Positions 19,897 through 29,539 of a stretch of 64,000 bases of DNA are shown in pieces (positions within the stretch are counted from its first letter, which is position 1; every line of letters starts with the position of its first letter). The DNA lies in IMG/VR virus record IMGVR_UViG_3300025732_000021, positions 1-64,000 of that record; one strand, 5' to 3'. Made by a program: the position numbers and the translations under genes. Origin of the DNA: a virus. Under the pieces are notes generated by a model. The model saw only the letters and a list, made by a program, of their open reading frames with translations. It was not told where the DNA came from and did no database searches.

Positions 19897-20922
19897 TTAT
19901 CCCCAAGGTGCAAAATTAAATGTTGCTTCAGGTGTAAATGAGAATGTTGCTTCAGGCGTAAATGAGAACACCGAAAATGCTGGCGTAAATGAAAATACTG
20001 AGAATGCTGGCGTAAATGAAAATACTGAGAACGGTGGCATAAAGTTAAATGCTGGTGTAAATGAGAACACCGAGAATGCTGGTGTAAATGAGAACACCGA
20101 GAATGCTGGTGTAAACGAGAATACCGAGAATGCTGGTGTAAACGAGAACACCGAGAACGGTGGCATAAAGTTAAATGCTGGTGTAAATGAGAACACCGAG
20201 AATGCTGGTGTAAACGAGAACACCGAGAACGGTGGCATAAAGTTAAATGCTGGTGTAAATGAGAACACCGAGAATGCTGGTGTAAACGAGAACACCGAGA
20301 ATGCAGGTGTGAATGAGAATACTGAAAACGGTGGCATAAAGTTAAACGTTGGAGTACCACAGGATTCTACGTTTACATCTTGCATTGTTTCTGTATCTGT
20401 TTCAGTTCCAGCAGTACATACTCCATTTACAAGAGTATAGACAGTTCTAGTTCTAGTTCTGGTATAAGTTCTATATTGTCTTTTATATCCATCTGCTTCA
20501 CATTCTCCCCATGGACCCCATTCACCTATACTCCATTGAGACCACTCACTCCATGGGCCTGGATCTGGGCATGCTCCAGGAGAAAATGAAAAAACACCAA
20601 ATGGTGAAAAACCAAAGACACCAAATGGTGAAAAACCAAAAACGCCGAATGGTGAAAAACCAAATACACCAAATGTTGAAAATGAAAATGTATGAACTTT
20701 ATAATTTACAACACTTTCATAATCTAATAAAGTACTTGGAGCAACATCTTGTGACTTGACCTTACCAGTTAATGCTTCGTTGTCTTGAACTTCTTCTGTT
20801 TCTATTCCATAATTAAATCCAGCATTCTGTAGAGATTGTCTTGCATCTAATCTTGGAAGTCCAACTATATTTGGGACTACTCCCATTCCCTTTTTAAAGA
20901 AGGCCCAAATAGAATTAAGCAT
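19897..20922 (-). CDS. PASTA-domain protein with a WxxW (TSP1-like) segment and Phe-rich repeats
   Basis: VPNIVGL...A...L..AGF...GKV.SQ PASTA signature; four FSPFGVFG-type units; WSEWSQW..WGPWGEC..RTRTR; twelve FSVFSFTP[AE] units; ends in FNFAPWG. Confidence 0.75.
   Translation of the reverse strand: MLNSIWAFFKKGMGVVPNIVGLPRLDARQSLQNAGFNYGIETEEVQDNEALTGKVKSQDVAPSTLLDYESVVNYKVHTFSFSTFGVFGFSPFGVFGFSPFGVFGFSPFGVFSFSPGACPDPGPWSEWSQWSIGEWGPWGECEADGYKRQYRTYTRTRTRTVYTLVNGVCTAGTETDTETMQDVNVESCGTPTFNFMPPFSVFSFTPAFSVFSFTPAFSVFSFTPAFNFMPPFSVFSFTPAFSVFSFTPAFNFMPPFSVFSFTPAFSVFSFTPAFSVFSFTPAFSVFSFTPAFNFMPPFSVFSFTPAFSVFSFTPAFSVFSFTPEATFSFTPEATFNFAPWG
19900..20350 (-). repeat. Coding tandem repeats: 27-bp unit FSVFSFTPA interspersed with FNFMPP
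   Basis: Directly visible gagaatgctggtgtaaa repeats. Confidence 0.9.
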
Positions 20923-20930
20923 TTTGGAAC

Positions 20931-21563
20931 CTACGCTTTCAAATCGCCAATAAGAACCCAGGTATTCGTATCATATTTGATAAGGGTTGCGCCAGAATAC
21001 CTTGCAGCAATTTTTTTATTAGAATTTTTACTATTGATTATTACTCCAACTGATGCTCCAACAAAAGAAACCTCTCCTGCACCAACTCTTACTATATCTA
21101 GTCTTTGTCCTATTTCAAACGGTACAGAAGCATTAAGTGGTATTGTAATAGTTGTATCAGATCCAGAATTTATTGTTAATGTCTTTCCAGCATCTCCAAG
21201 CACTAAAGTATGATTTGATGTTTTTTCAGCAAAAACTAATGTGTCTAATAATCCTATCCATTTTATTCCGTTATAGTATTGAATTTGACTTATTTCTGTG
21301 CCACCATCAGTTTGTTCAACAAAACATACAGTTCCTTCTGTTGGAGATGTTATTGCTGCATCTCTTGCAGAAGGATTTTGAAATATATTAACTCCGCCTT
21401 TTGCCTTAATAACATCATTAACAGTTACCTTATCACCAAAAATATGTGCTTGTGTCCATGTATAAGGAACGTTTGTATTTGCAACACCTGCAATTGCATA
21501 CCACATATCTGAAGCAGAATCATACATATATGCAACTTTACTATTTGAACTTATATTTGCCAT
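20931..21563 (-). CDS. Virion structural / fibre-associated protein
   Basis: C-terminal domain ATLIKYDTNTWVLIGDL is paralogous to the end of the 746-aa fibre. Confidence 0.65.
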   Translation of the reverse strand: MANISSNSKVAYMYDSASDMWYAIAGVANTNVPYTWTQAHIFGDKVTVNDVIKAKGGVNIFQNPSARDAAITSPTEGTVCFVEQTDGGTEISQIQYYNGIKWIGLLDTLVFAEKTSNHTLVLGDAGKTLTINSGSDTTITIPLNASVPFEIGQRLDIVRVGAGEVSFVGASVGVIINSKNSNKKIAARYSGATLIKYDTNTWVLIGDLKA

Positions 21564-21564
21564 A

Positions 21565-22614
21565 TTAGATCTCCTCCACTATAAATGTGTCAGATGTTTC
21601 TCCAAATCTTTGTGTAATAACGTTAGGAGAATATCCATTTGGTGTAATATTTATAAGTCTATATGTAATGACATCTCCAGTTGTTGCTCCATGAGTATCT
21701 AGCCATTCAAAATGTAAACTTGTAAATTCTTTTGATACTAAACCTATATTAATTGTAGAATATGCTCCAGTATTAATCTTTCTTTGCAATCCAATAAATG
21801 CTTCTGTATTTGTATCAGTTGTTGGCCTACATATTCCAGTAAAGTTAATTTTTGTTTTTGTAGAAGATGCACTTTTTGTTATTGCTAATTCAAGATCATC
21901 ATTATCAATTGTTTGTAATATTTCATCTTCTGCAACTCCATTAACAGCAATTCCAGTTAAACTAGTTTGTGAATAATCCCCAAAATAAATTGATGCTATA
22001 TTTTTATTATTTTCATAATCAGGATCTATCCAAGAAACTCCAAGAGGTGCGCTGGAGTCTGCAGTTAAAATTTTACCATTATCTCCAATAGGGAGTATTT
22101 GAGTTACACCCTCAGATGCACCAACAATTAAATCACCTTTTGCTTCTGTGTAGGTTCCAACTTTTACAAAATTATTATCATCATAAACATATACATCTTT
22201 ATTTTCTGAATTTTTATCGATCCAAACAATTCCATCTATTAAGTTTGTTGTTGGTTCATCATTTTGATATAAAGCAATTCCATATGTGCTTTGTACTGCT
22301 GCACCAGTTGAATCTGAAGCCATTGCAATAAAGCCGTCTGTTGGATTAGACAAAGATTGTATTGCTGAAACTGTTAAATAATCAGATCCTATGCCTAACT
22401 CTTCTTGATCTTCTATTCTATTTTTTAGATCTTGAAGGTGTCTTGCTATACCATTATTTGTTGCTAGTGCTGCTTTTTGTGATGACTCAGATGCATCTGT
22501 ATTAAAATTATAATCTCCATATAAAAATAGTTTTAATGCTGCCTGAATGTCAGCCTTGTCGTCATAGCCTGGCTGCTTAACATTCCATATACCGCCGATA
22601 TTTTCTTCTGCCAC
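21565..22614 (-). CDS. Virion structural protein
   Basis: KGDLIVG...LPIG..GKILTADS fibre-type motif; GTG start with GGGGTG SD. Confidence 0.6.
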   Translation of the reverse strand: MAEENIGGIWNVKQPGYDDKADIQAALKLFLYGDYNFNTDASESSQKAALATNNGIARHLQDLKNRIEDQEELGIGSDYLTVSAIQSLSNPTDGFIAMASDSTGAAVQSTYGIALYQNDEPTTNLIDGIVWIDKNSENKDVYVYDDNNFVKVGTYTEAKGDLIVGASEGVTQILPIGDNGKILTADSSAPLGVSWIDPDYENNKNIASIYFGDYSQTSLTGIAVNGVAEDEILQTIDNDDLELAITKSASSTKTKINFTGICRPTTDTNTEAFIGLQRKINTGAYSTINIGLVSKEFTSLHFEWLDTHGATTGDVITYRLINITPNGYSPNVITQRFGETSDTFIVEEI

Positions 22615-22631
22615 CTAAATCACCCCCATGA

Positions 22632-23222
22632 TTATACCACCGAAATGTGAATATGTGCTGTTCTAGTTTCTGTAATATTAGACCAAGATGTTCCGTTGAA
22701 TTCGGCTGCATAAAATGTAATTTTTAAATGGTCTTTTTCGTCAATTTGAACTATTTCTGTTTTTATTGAACTTGCTATTGGATATCCTGCGGGGGTAGCC
22801 AAAATTGCCTGAACACTAAAATTAGAAGAGTTTGTATTTCCAGTATATGATGGGTCTACAATAGAAGATATTGGGATTGTGCAATAATTATTTGTAGCAA
22901 ATGGTATTTCTTCAATTCCACTGTAAGTATTAGGAATTAATTTATTTAAAGGTTCCCATTGAGCCTCTGACGATCCTAGTCCATAAGAATATTGATAAAT
23001 CATTAAATATTCAGAATCATCTTTTTTTAAATTTATATATAAATCGAAAACATTTGGTGTCTGTCCAATATCAATAGAATCTGGTTTTCCATTTCCTACA
23101 AATATTAAACTACCACGATCACCCTTATTGCCAAAGCCTAATTCAACTTTTACAGTTTCTGGTCCACCTATTACAAGAAGGTCGTCATTTGTTAGTTTAA
23201 CATCATAGTTAAATATTGCCAT
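22632..23222 (-). CDS. Hypothetical structural protein
   Basis: Coupled to the neighbouring ORF in the structural operon. Confidence 0.55.
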   Translation of the reverse strand: MAIFNYDVKLTNDDLLVIGGPETVKVELGFGNKGDRGSLIFVGNGKPDSIDIGQTPNVFDLYINLKKDDSEYLMIYQYSYGLGSSEAQWEPLNKLIPNTYSGIEEIPFATNNYCTIPISSIVDPSYTGNTNSSNFSVQAILATPAGYPIASSIKTEIVQIDEKDHLKITFYAAEFNGTSWSNITETRTAHIHISVV

Positions 23223-23656
23223 TACGGAGTTACCTGGCCTGTTACCTCTATTGTTCCAGTTAAAAGAGTGTGTACTTGTGGATAATTTGGAACACCGTCT
23301 GGCAAATCTGGGGTAGTGCTTTTTGCAATTTGAACGTCGTAAACATATGTTTTATCTGGATCTAAATATTGAGAATCCTCTGGTCTAATCGCACAATGAA
23401 CATATGTTGAGTCAGTTGAAATATATGCTAAACATTTATGCCAATTGCTAGATTCTCTAGTTTCTGCAAAAACAAACATTACATTATCATAGTCAACCTC
23501 TGGAGTACTAGGATTATTATCATCATCATATGTACCTCCACCGCCTGTGTATGCGTTCATCAAAAAAGAAGTATCGTTAGAATTTTTAGGGTAAATACGA
23601 AATTCGTAAGTATCACCCTTATAGTAATTTATATTATATGTTCCTGGAAATGCCAT
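23222..23656 (-). CDS. Putative baseplate-like structural protein
   Basis: YNINYYKGDT...YVYDVQI...TLLTG pattern; GGAGG SD. Confidence 0.55.
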   Translation of the reverse strand: MAFPGTYNINYYKGDTYEFRIYPKNSNDTSFLMNAYTGGGGTYDDDNNPSTPEVDYDNVMFVFAETRESSNWHKCLAYISTDSTYVHCAIRPEDSQYLDPDKTYVYDVQIAKSTTPDLPDGVPNYPQVHTLLTGTIEVTGQVTP

Positions 23657-23672
23657 AGTTCCTCCGTGTAAA

Positions 23673-24392
23673 TTATATCACAGACACATATATTGAATTC
23701 ATTAAAACTGATGAGTCGTAGTCAGTTCTAATTTGAGGTACTGCCCCAGAATTCCACATAGAGTTGTCTTCAATAAAAAAATGTTGAGTAACATACATAT
23801 TATAGACATATTGGTATTTTAATGACGCAACAAACTGTGAAATTTCAGTAGTAGATTTAGGAAAAAATGTTCTAATCCAAACCTCTGTATTATTGCTATA
23901 AGTTGTAAGTTCAAAGTTATATGTAACAAATACTTGAGATCCTATCTTTAAACCGTGAAAATTTAGCATTCTTTGTTCTGCATTCCAAAGACTTGTGCAT
24001 TCTTCTGGTAAATATTTTTCATTTGTATTACTACCTTTTGAGTCTACCCAAACGCTTACCCAGCCATCATCTCCTTGATTGACTCCAAGCCTAATATCTT
24101 TTCTATTTTGATTAAAATATGCACCCCATCCAGCCTGTTGTCCAGAAGAAGACAAAGAACTCTTTCCGTCTTTTCCAGATGGTCCTTTTTCGCCTTTAGG
24201 ACCCTGAATGCCGTCTTTTCCAGGAACACCCTGAGGTCCAGGTACACCTTGTGGCCCTTGAGGCCCCATTGGACCAGGAACAGGAACATAGTTAATTAAA
24301 ATATCAGAATTAGTGTTTTGAGTTTCTACAACCTGTGCAGCATAACTTGATTTTTTATTTCCTGGAAAGTCCATTGATTTTGATACGGGCAT
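23673..24392 (-). CDS. Collagen triple-helix repeat protein
   Basis: About 13 G-X-Y repeats (GPMGPQGPQGVPG...). Confidence 0.8.
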   Translation of the reverse strand: MPVSKSMDFPGNKKSSYAAQVVETQNTNSDILINYVPVPGPMGPQGPQGVPGPQGVPGKDGIQGPKGEKGPSGKDGKSSLSSSGQQAGWGAYFNQNRKDIRLGVNQGDDGWVSVWVDSKGSNTNEKYLPEECTSLWNAEQRMLNFHGLKIGSQVFVTYNFELTTYSNNTEVWIRTFFPKSTTEISQFVASLKYQYVYNMYVTQHFFIEDNSMWNSGAVPQIRTDYDSSVLMNSIYVSVI

Positions 24393-24412
24393 GGACTTAT
24401 TATCCCATAATA

Positions 24413-24931
24413 TTAGCCAACTTGATTGACTGTAATAATTGCTGAAGGAATTGCAGGCCCACCCATTGTTCCAGTATTATGTGTCAATTGAATATGATGA
24501 TTATCTGTTGCCCAATAAAGTTGAACATAATCGTTAGCATTCAATTTTTGAAATAAATTCCACGCAGCAACAACATATGGGCTGTTTGTATTTACTGCAA
24601 TACGAGTATTTGAATCTGGAATTGCTGTGCCATTTTTTACAAACCATACCTCTACAGTTGTTCCTTGTCCGCCACCGCCAGTATTATGAAATTGAAATGA
24701 GAAAGCAAAGTTATAAACTCCAGCATGGGATGCTTTCATTTTGCTATTATCTATAATAGTAAAACCATTTGTTGAATCTGAGTCTAATTGCCTAATTAAA
24801 ACTGGAATGCCAGTAGATTCTTGTGCCTGAGTAACAGTTTGAGTTTGGACATCATAAAATGAGCCGTAGTAAGGATTTAACTGTGATAATCCACTATCAT
24901 CAAAAATGGCAGGGTGTGTAAAACGTGCCAT
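24413..24931 (-). CDS. C1q/TNF-like beta-sandwich structural protein
   Basis: GVYNFAFSFQF...WFVKNG...LNANDYVQL pattern. Confidence 0.5.
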   Translation of the reverse strand: MARFTHPAIFDDSGLSQLNPYYGSFYDVQTQTVTQAQESTGIPVLIRQLDSDSTNGFTIIDNSKMKASHAGVYNFAFSFQFHNTGGGGQGTTVEVWFVKNGTAIPDSNTRIAVNTNSPYVVAAWNLFQKLNANDYVQLYWATDNHHIQLTHNTGTMGGPAIPSAIITVNQVG

Positions 24932-25209
24932 TATGACCCTACTTCTAGTCTTGCTTTTAGAACAGCAAGAGATAATCCATTGGAAGATGCTATTGCATAA
25001 ATTGCATCATTACCATTTAGTTCAATTGAAAAAGAGTGTTTTGGCATAACTCTAAAACCATAATTAGAAGATGTCACACCTTCTCCACCAATATAAATAT
25101 AACCAGACTCATTTACATTTTGTAATGTAATGTCCATACCAGAATGCTTACCATTTGGTGTAAGTTTTGTTGCAGTTACATTTGAAAGTGTAAGTAATGA
25201 ATGATCCAT
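24931..25209 (-). CDS. Hypothetical structural protein
   Basis: ORF with a GGAG SD, coupled to the next gene. Confidence 0.55.
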   Translation of the reverse strand: MDHSLLTLSNVTATKLTPNGKHSGMDITLQNVNESGYIYIGGEGVTSSNYGFRVMPKHSFSIELNGNDAIYAIASSNGLSLAVLKARLEVGS

Positions 25210-25300
25210 ATTATCTCCTATTTAACCTTATATATTTTTCCATTAATTTTAATTATTGATGGAATGTTTTCTTTTTTGTCTGTAATTTTTACCACTGGCA

Positions 25301-25699
25301 TTATAGTGTTCCTCCAGGGGTAATGTCTCCTATAACATAAATAGTTCCTATTACTGGAGTCCAGATAATATCGTTATCTTCATCTGGTATTTTTATTTGT
25401 AAATCAAATGGCAACTCTGCAACTGTAGATAGATACTTTGTTCCCCAATTTTCAGTTACTGAGGGAAGAGCAGTAACTGTAACATAACCATCCGATGCGC
25501 TACAATCTAATGCGTCTAATACATCTCCAGATTGATCGTATGCTGTTGCTTTATATGTCCATCCCTCAGTATTGTAGTATGTTGATTCATCATTTTCAAA
25601 AAATTCTATTTTTAATGTTGCGGTATCACCACGAACAACTCTCCACTGTAAAGATGCTGGATCAGCACCAAAAATTTCTGGAGAACAAGAATTTGCCAT
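25301..25699 (-). CDS. Baseplate/BppU-N-like structural protein
   Basis: WRVVRGDT...FDLQ; paralog of 18236..18640; TGGTATAAT upstream of ATG 25699. Confidence 0.55.
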   Translation of the reverse strand: MANSCSPEIFGADPASLQWRVVRGDTATLKIEFFENDESTYYNTEGWTYKATAYDQSGDVLDALDCSASDGYVTVTALPSVTENWGTKYLSTVAELPFDLQIKIPDEDNDIIWTPVIGTIYVIGDITPGGTL

Positions 25700-25728
25700 G
25701 ATAAACAGATTATACCATGAAATATGGA

Positions 25729-25773
25729 CTTGTCCCAAGGTCGGTGGGTATGAGAGACAGACCAAGGGACAAG
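25729..25773 (-). ncRNA. Candidate small hairpin RNA with a C/U-rich loop
   Basis: CTTGTCCC/GGGACAAG and GGTC/GACC stems; an extended -10 (TGATATACT) lies about 8 nt upstream on the minus strand. Confidence 0.4.
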
Positions 25774-26004
25774 CAATTAAAAGTATATCATAAGGGATAA
25801 AATGGACATTTAGTATTTACAATGTTTGCTTAAGAAAATTGTTTATGGTATAGTGTTTATAGGGTTTGTGGGGACTTTGCACTAGAGATAAAACTCACTT
25901 CAACTATAGATATAAACATAAAAAATCTATGGGGGGAGGGGGGGACTTTCCCTCAGAGATAAATTACTATATATATAATATATAAACAATGTTATAATCA
26001 ATAT

Positions 26005-26631
26005 ATGATTAAAATTTATAAAAATCTAATGACTGAAGAAGATAGACTTTCTGTTTTAGAAGCAGTAAAGCAGTTTCCAGATGCATTGTGGACTCAAAGC
26101 GTTTGTACAGATGAACCAGTTAGACAATTAAGAGAATGGCTTCCTCATACAGTACATAGAAAAATTTATTCTGTTCATAAAAAAGCAATGCCAATGATAA
26201 ATAAAGATTTTAAACTTGCAGAAAGAAATGTAGTATTAAGAGAACCAGATTACGGTGGTTTAGAAAATACAACTTTTTTAACAGTAGACAGAAGAGATCC
26301 AGGTATGAGCCTTGGACCACATCCAGACATCCCAACTGGAACTTATCAACCACACCCAGGAGCATTAGAAGGTGGAAGAAGTCCTATTACTATTTCTGGA
26401 ATTTTTTATTGGAATGACGATATAGATGGTGGAGAATTACATTTTCATAATGATGATGTTCCAATAGAATATCCAGAACTTTCTGATATAAAAGATCCAT
26501 ATATATATAAACCAGTTGCTGGAGACTTTGTTGTATTTGAATCAAAATATATACATGAAATATTTGAAGTAAGATCTGGAAGCAGATACTCTACTCAATA
26601 TTTCTTTGATAATTTAAATTGGCAAAAATAA
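26005..26631 (+). CDS. 2OG-Fe(II) oxygenase
   Basis: HPD...YWNDDIDGGEL.F...HEI...G.RY motifs. Confidence 0.8.
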   Translation: MIKIYKNLMTEEDRLSVLEAVKQFPDALWTQSVCTDEPVRQLREWLPHTVHRKIYSVHKKAMPMINKDFKLAERNVVLREPDYGGLENTTFLTVDRRDPGMSLGPHPDIPTGTYQPHPGALEGGRSPITISGIFYWNDDIDGGELHFHNDDVPIEYPELSDIKDPYIYKPVAGDFVVFESKYIHEIFEVRSGSRYSTQYFFDNLNWQK

Positions 26632-26856
26632 TTAATTCTTATTTTTAATAACTATGTCGTAAATTATATTTACTTTTTCTTCAAGCCTATTTACTTGATC
26701 CTTTAGGCTTGATCCGCTATTAGGTTTAAATTCTGCCTTTATTTCATCAAAGTAATGTTTTGTAAGCCACTTGATTGAAACGCCAACACCTGCTAGAATA
26801 GTAGACATGCCTATTATTATTTCAATCACTAATGCTGTACCCTCAGTAGTAAACAT
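26632..26856 (-). CDS. Small membrane protein (holin-like or lysis-associated)
   Basis: One transmembrane helix followed by PNSGSSLKDQVNRLE, a motif seen in actinophage membrane proteins. Confidence 0.5.
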   Translation of the reverse strand: MFTTEGTALVIEIIIGMSTILAGVGVSIKWLTKHYFDEIKAEFKPNSGSSLKDQVNRLEEKVNIIYDIVIKNKN

Positions 26857-26888
26857 AACAGGGTTAATTATAACAGGAGTTTTTTAAA

Positions 26889-27809
26889 ATGATAAACTCT
26901 AGAGAGCCAATAAAGTTTTTTGATAAAGTTAAGGATTTTTTTTCTGATAAAAAACTTATAGGATTTTATCCAGGTTTTGACAAAACAAGTCAAACACAAA
27001 TTCTTAAGTTTCCGTGTACGGTTAAAGAATTTTGCTACGATTGTAGTTGTCACGGACATCAAGATAATAAAAAAGATGATATAGAGTATTCTTTTAATAG
27101 TGATGGTTTTAGATCAAAAGAGTTTAAAGACATAGATACTACTAATAGTTTTATATATGCTGGATGTTCAAATACCATGGGTACCGCATTGCCTAATGAT
27201 TTAATTTGGCCACAATTTTTAAATGACAAGTTAAATGGAAAAGATATAATAAATTTAGGATTAAATGGTGGGTCTGTAACATCTATAATAACAAATATTT
27301 ATAGATATATAAAGATATATGGAAAACCACTCGGTATTTTTGTTGTGTTTCCAAATTTAGGAAGAATTGACGTATTTTTAGATGAGGATCCAGAAAGAAT
27401 ATTTTCTACTTTACACTTTAACGATGGAGAATTTTTAAAGGTTGTTCCAAAAGATATTGCACATGAAAACGCAAGACCAAAAAGTTCTGCTGTTGACATG
27501 CTTTCTTTATTTTATATGTTTAACACTCAAATAAAAATACTAGAAGACTATTTAGATGCAATAGGAGTTCCATTTTTTTGGACAACATGGAATAATACAA
27601 TAACAGATATAGTAGAAAAACATAATTTTAATTATAAGGGATATATGGACTTTGCTAAGTCTACGGATTTTGAATTAATTAATAAATATAAAGATCATCA
27701 TTACTTTAAGTATGGTAGAGATAACAAACACTTTGGTATAGAAATACAAATTGCAATAGCACAATCATTTTTTGAAGAATGGAGAAAACTTGAAAAAAGA
27801 AATTCTTAA
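26889..27809 (+). CDS. SGNH-hydrolase-like protein
   Basis: NSDGFRS...YAGCSNTMG...NLG..G...D.KH; one of four paralogs in the window. Confidence 0.55.
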   Translation: MINSREPIKFFDKVKDFFSDKKLIGFYPGFDKTSQTQILKFPCTVKEFCYDCSCHGHQDNKKDDIEYSFNSDGFRSKEFKDIDTTNSFIYAGCSNTMGTALPNDLIWPQFLNDKLNGKDIINLGLNGGSVTSIITNIYRYIKIYGKPLGIFVVFPNLGRIDVFLDEDPERIFSTLHFNDGEFLKVVPKDIAHENARPKSSAVDMLSLFYMFNTQIKILEDYLDAIGVPFFWTTWNNTITDIVEKHNFNYKGYMDFAKSTDFELINKYKDHHYFKYGRDNKHFGIEIQIAIAQSFFEEWRKLEKRNS

Positions 27810-28557
27810 TACTATCGAAGGTTTTGACAAGATAATAATTTCTCCAGATATGGATGGTTTTATCTCGGCGAAATTACTAAATCGCTTTAACGGTTCGGTA
27901 GTAGTAGGTACATATGATAAAAATATTCTTTGCCTTTCAGACGGCGTGGATCCAAAAGATTGCCTGTTTGTAGACTGTGACATAAATAACTTTGATTATG
28001 TGTCTATAGGCAATCATATGCGTATGGCAAATGATAGAATGTCGGAAAAATCTTTTAATCCAAATATACATTTTGAAATTACAAAGTACAGCGACAAATT
28101 TCCATTCGCAACCGCTTATTTAATTGCGTTCGCAACAGGAATTGAAACATCGGCGACAGAGATGATACGCATGGCCTACGCTGACTCTACCCTACGCAAT
28201 ATGGAGTCTTACAGCGAAAACATGCGAGTATGGTCTGAAAGGATGAATTGTCCTGCAGTAGAATATGTTATACATAATACAGATGTAGCAAAACAAATAG
28301 ATGATGGAATTCGGACGGTATATACAAAACAGTCATTTACAAACCGAGCATACGGTAAACCAAGATATATACAGGAGTTGTCCGATAATCTCATCAAGGA
28401 AAATGTTTCACATGAAACAATTGTGGATGGATATAAATATAAGACCGATAAGGTAGGTGCTGTAACCGTGAAGAAATATATGGCTGATATTTTCTCATAT
28501 GCTGAAGTGTTTGGTGGTGAGTATTCTGTTACGTATTATGATAGAATGGAATGGTGA
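27772..28557 (+). CDS. DHH-like phosphoesterase (divergent)
   Basis: SPDMDG, FVDCD and GNH motifs. Confidence 0.45.
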   Translation: MKNGENLKKEILNTIEGFDKIIISPDMDGFISAKLLNRFNGSVVVGTYDKNILCLSDGVDPKDCLFVDCDINNFDYVSIGNHMRMANDRMSEKSFNPNIHFEITKYSDKFPFATAYLIAFATGIETSATEMIRMAYADSTLRNMESYSENMRVWSERMNCPAVEYVIHNTDVAKQIDDGIRTVYTKQSFTNRAYGKPRYIQELSDNLIKENVSHETIVDGYKYKTDKVGAVTVKKYMADIFSYAEVFGGEYSVTYYDRMEW

Positions 28558-28754
28558 GTGATGATGTTAAGCCTTGGGATTTATTAAATCCTAATCAGCC
28601 AAGAAGTGATGAAGAGATCGTTAAATCCCGTCTCGAAATATGCATGTCTTGCGAACATCTAAACAAACGTTTGGTAAAATGTAATAAGTGTGGTTGTTTT
28701 ATGAAACTTAAGACAACACTAAAACAAGCAAAATGTCCAATAGGAAAGTGGTGA
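28551..28754 (+). CDS. Small Cys-rich protein (DUF6171-like)
   Basis: RLEICMSC...CNKCGCFM..K......CPIGKW. Confidence 0.65.
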   Translation: MVSDDVKPWDLLNPNQPRSDEEIVKSRLEICMSCEHLNKRLVKCNKCGCFMKLKTTLKQAKCPIGKW

Positions 28755-28758
28755 TTAA

Positions 28759-28947
28759 ATGTTGAGAGAAGAAGGCGTTACTCTTATGACACAAACCGTC
28801 AATGAGTACAATCGTAGAATGGCTGCTAATGCAGGTGTTCCGCTTGATCAAGTGGAATCTGTTATTTCACAACAGCAAGAACAACTTAACGCTGTTAATG
28901 GGATGCTATTTGATACCTTGAAGGAAAACGGATATATTCGTGACTAA
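28759..28947 (+). CDS. Hypothetical protein
   Basis: ORF within the operon. Confidence 0.55.
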   Translation: MLREEGVTLMTQTVNEYNRRMAANAGVPLDQVESVISQQQEQLNAVNGMLFDTLKENGYIRD

Positions 28948-29539
28948 TAAAACCTTATTTTCTGACTTTGAGCCTATTGTAATTAACAATGTGTTCACTG
29001 AAGAAGAAATTAAGGAAATCTATGAATCCCGCTCACAAAGCGAGAATTTTATAGTAGATGGCAGTTGTGGATATATAACAAATACAAAACCTTTTAGCGA
29101 ACATATTAGAAATAAAATCGTAGAGATAGTTCAGAAAAATGTTCCTATAAAAGTTAAAGAGTGGGGAAACCATATGCCTAGGTATACGCTAGAATCAAAT
29201 AGCAAGCCTAGGCTTCATCCTCATTATGATGTTGGATTAGACCAAGCATCATTTACATTGAGTATACAGTTAGATCATACTCTACCCTGGACAGTTTACG
29301 TAGGACATCAGGGTTATGATATTACAAGAAATAGCGCTGTGTTATTTTCTGGATCTCATCAAATACATTGGAGACCAGATATAGAGTTTTCTAAAGATGA
29401 CTACTATGACATTATTGTTGCACAGGTTGTTGAAGATACAGAAAACCCACTTGTTCTAGATGATACTCATAGAGAGTATATGTCAGACCAAGTGGGATTT
29501 TTTGTTTCGAAGTATTTTACTTCACAATCGGGAAATTAG
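28940..29539 (+). CDS. 2OG-Fe(II)-oxygenase-like protein (PHxD...HWR subfamily)
   Basis: LHPHYD...W....F.G..Q.HWRP. Confidence 0.65.
   Translation: MTNKTLFSDFEPIVINNVFTEEEIKEIYESRSQSENFIVDGSCGYITNTKPFSEHIRNKIVEIVQKNVPIKVKEWGNHMPRYTLESNSKPRLHPHYDVGLDQASFTLSIQLDHTLPWTVYVGHQGYDITRNSAVLFSGSHQIHWRPDIEFSKDDYYDIIVAQVVEDTENPLVLDDTHREYMSDQVGFFVSKYFTSQSGN

Noticed and set aside
11643-19930. Shared 3' ends of the two repeat genes, plus an Mtd-N-like fibre, considered as a diversity-generating retroelement
   Set aside because: No reverse transcriptase in the window, and the differences are synonymous rather than adenine-specific.
19880-20440. Plus-strand ORF with ENTENAGVN repeats, and the His/Ser-rich frame 19851..20360
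   Set aside because: Shadow frames of the repeat region. The 341-aa frame has a PASTA domain, synonymous variation, and the C-terminus shared with the FN3 protein.
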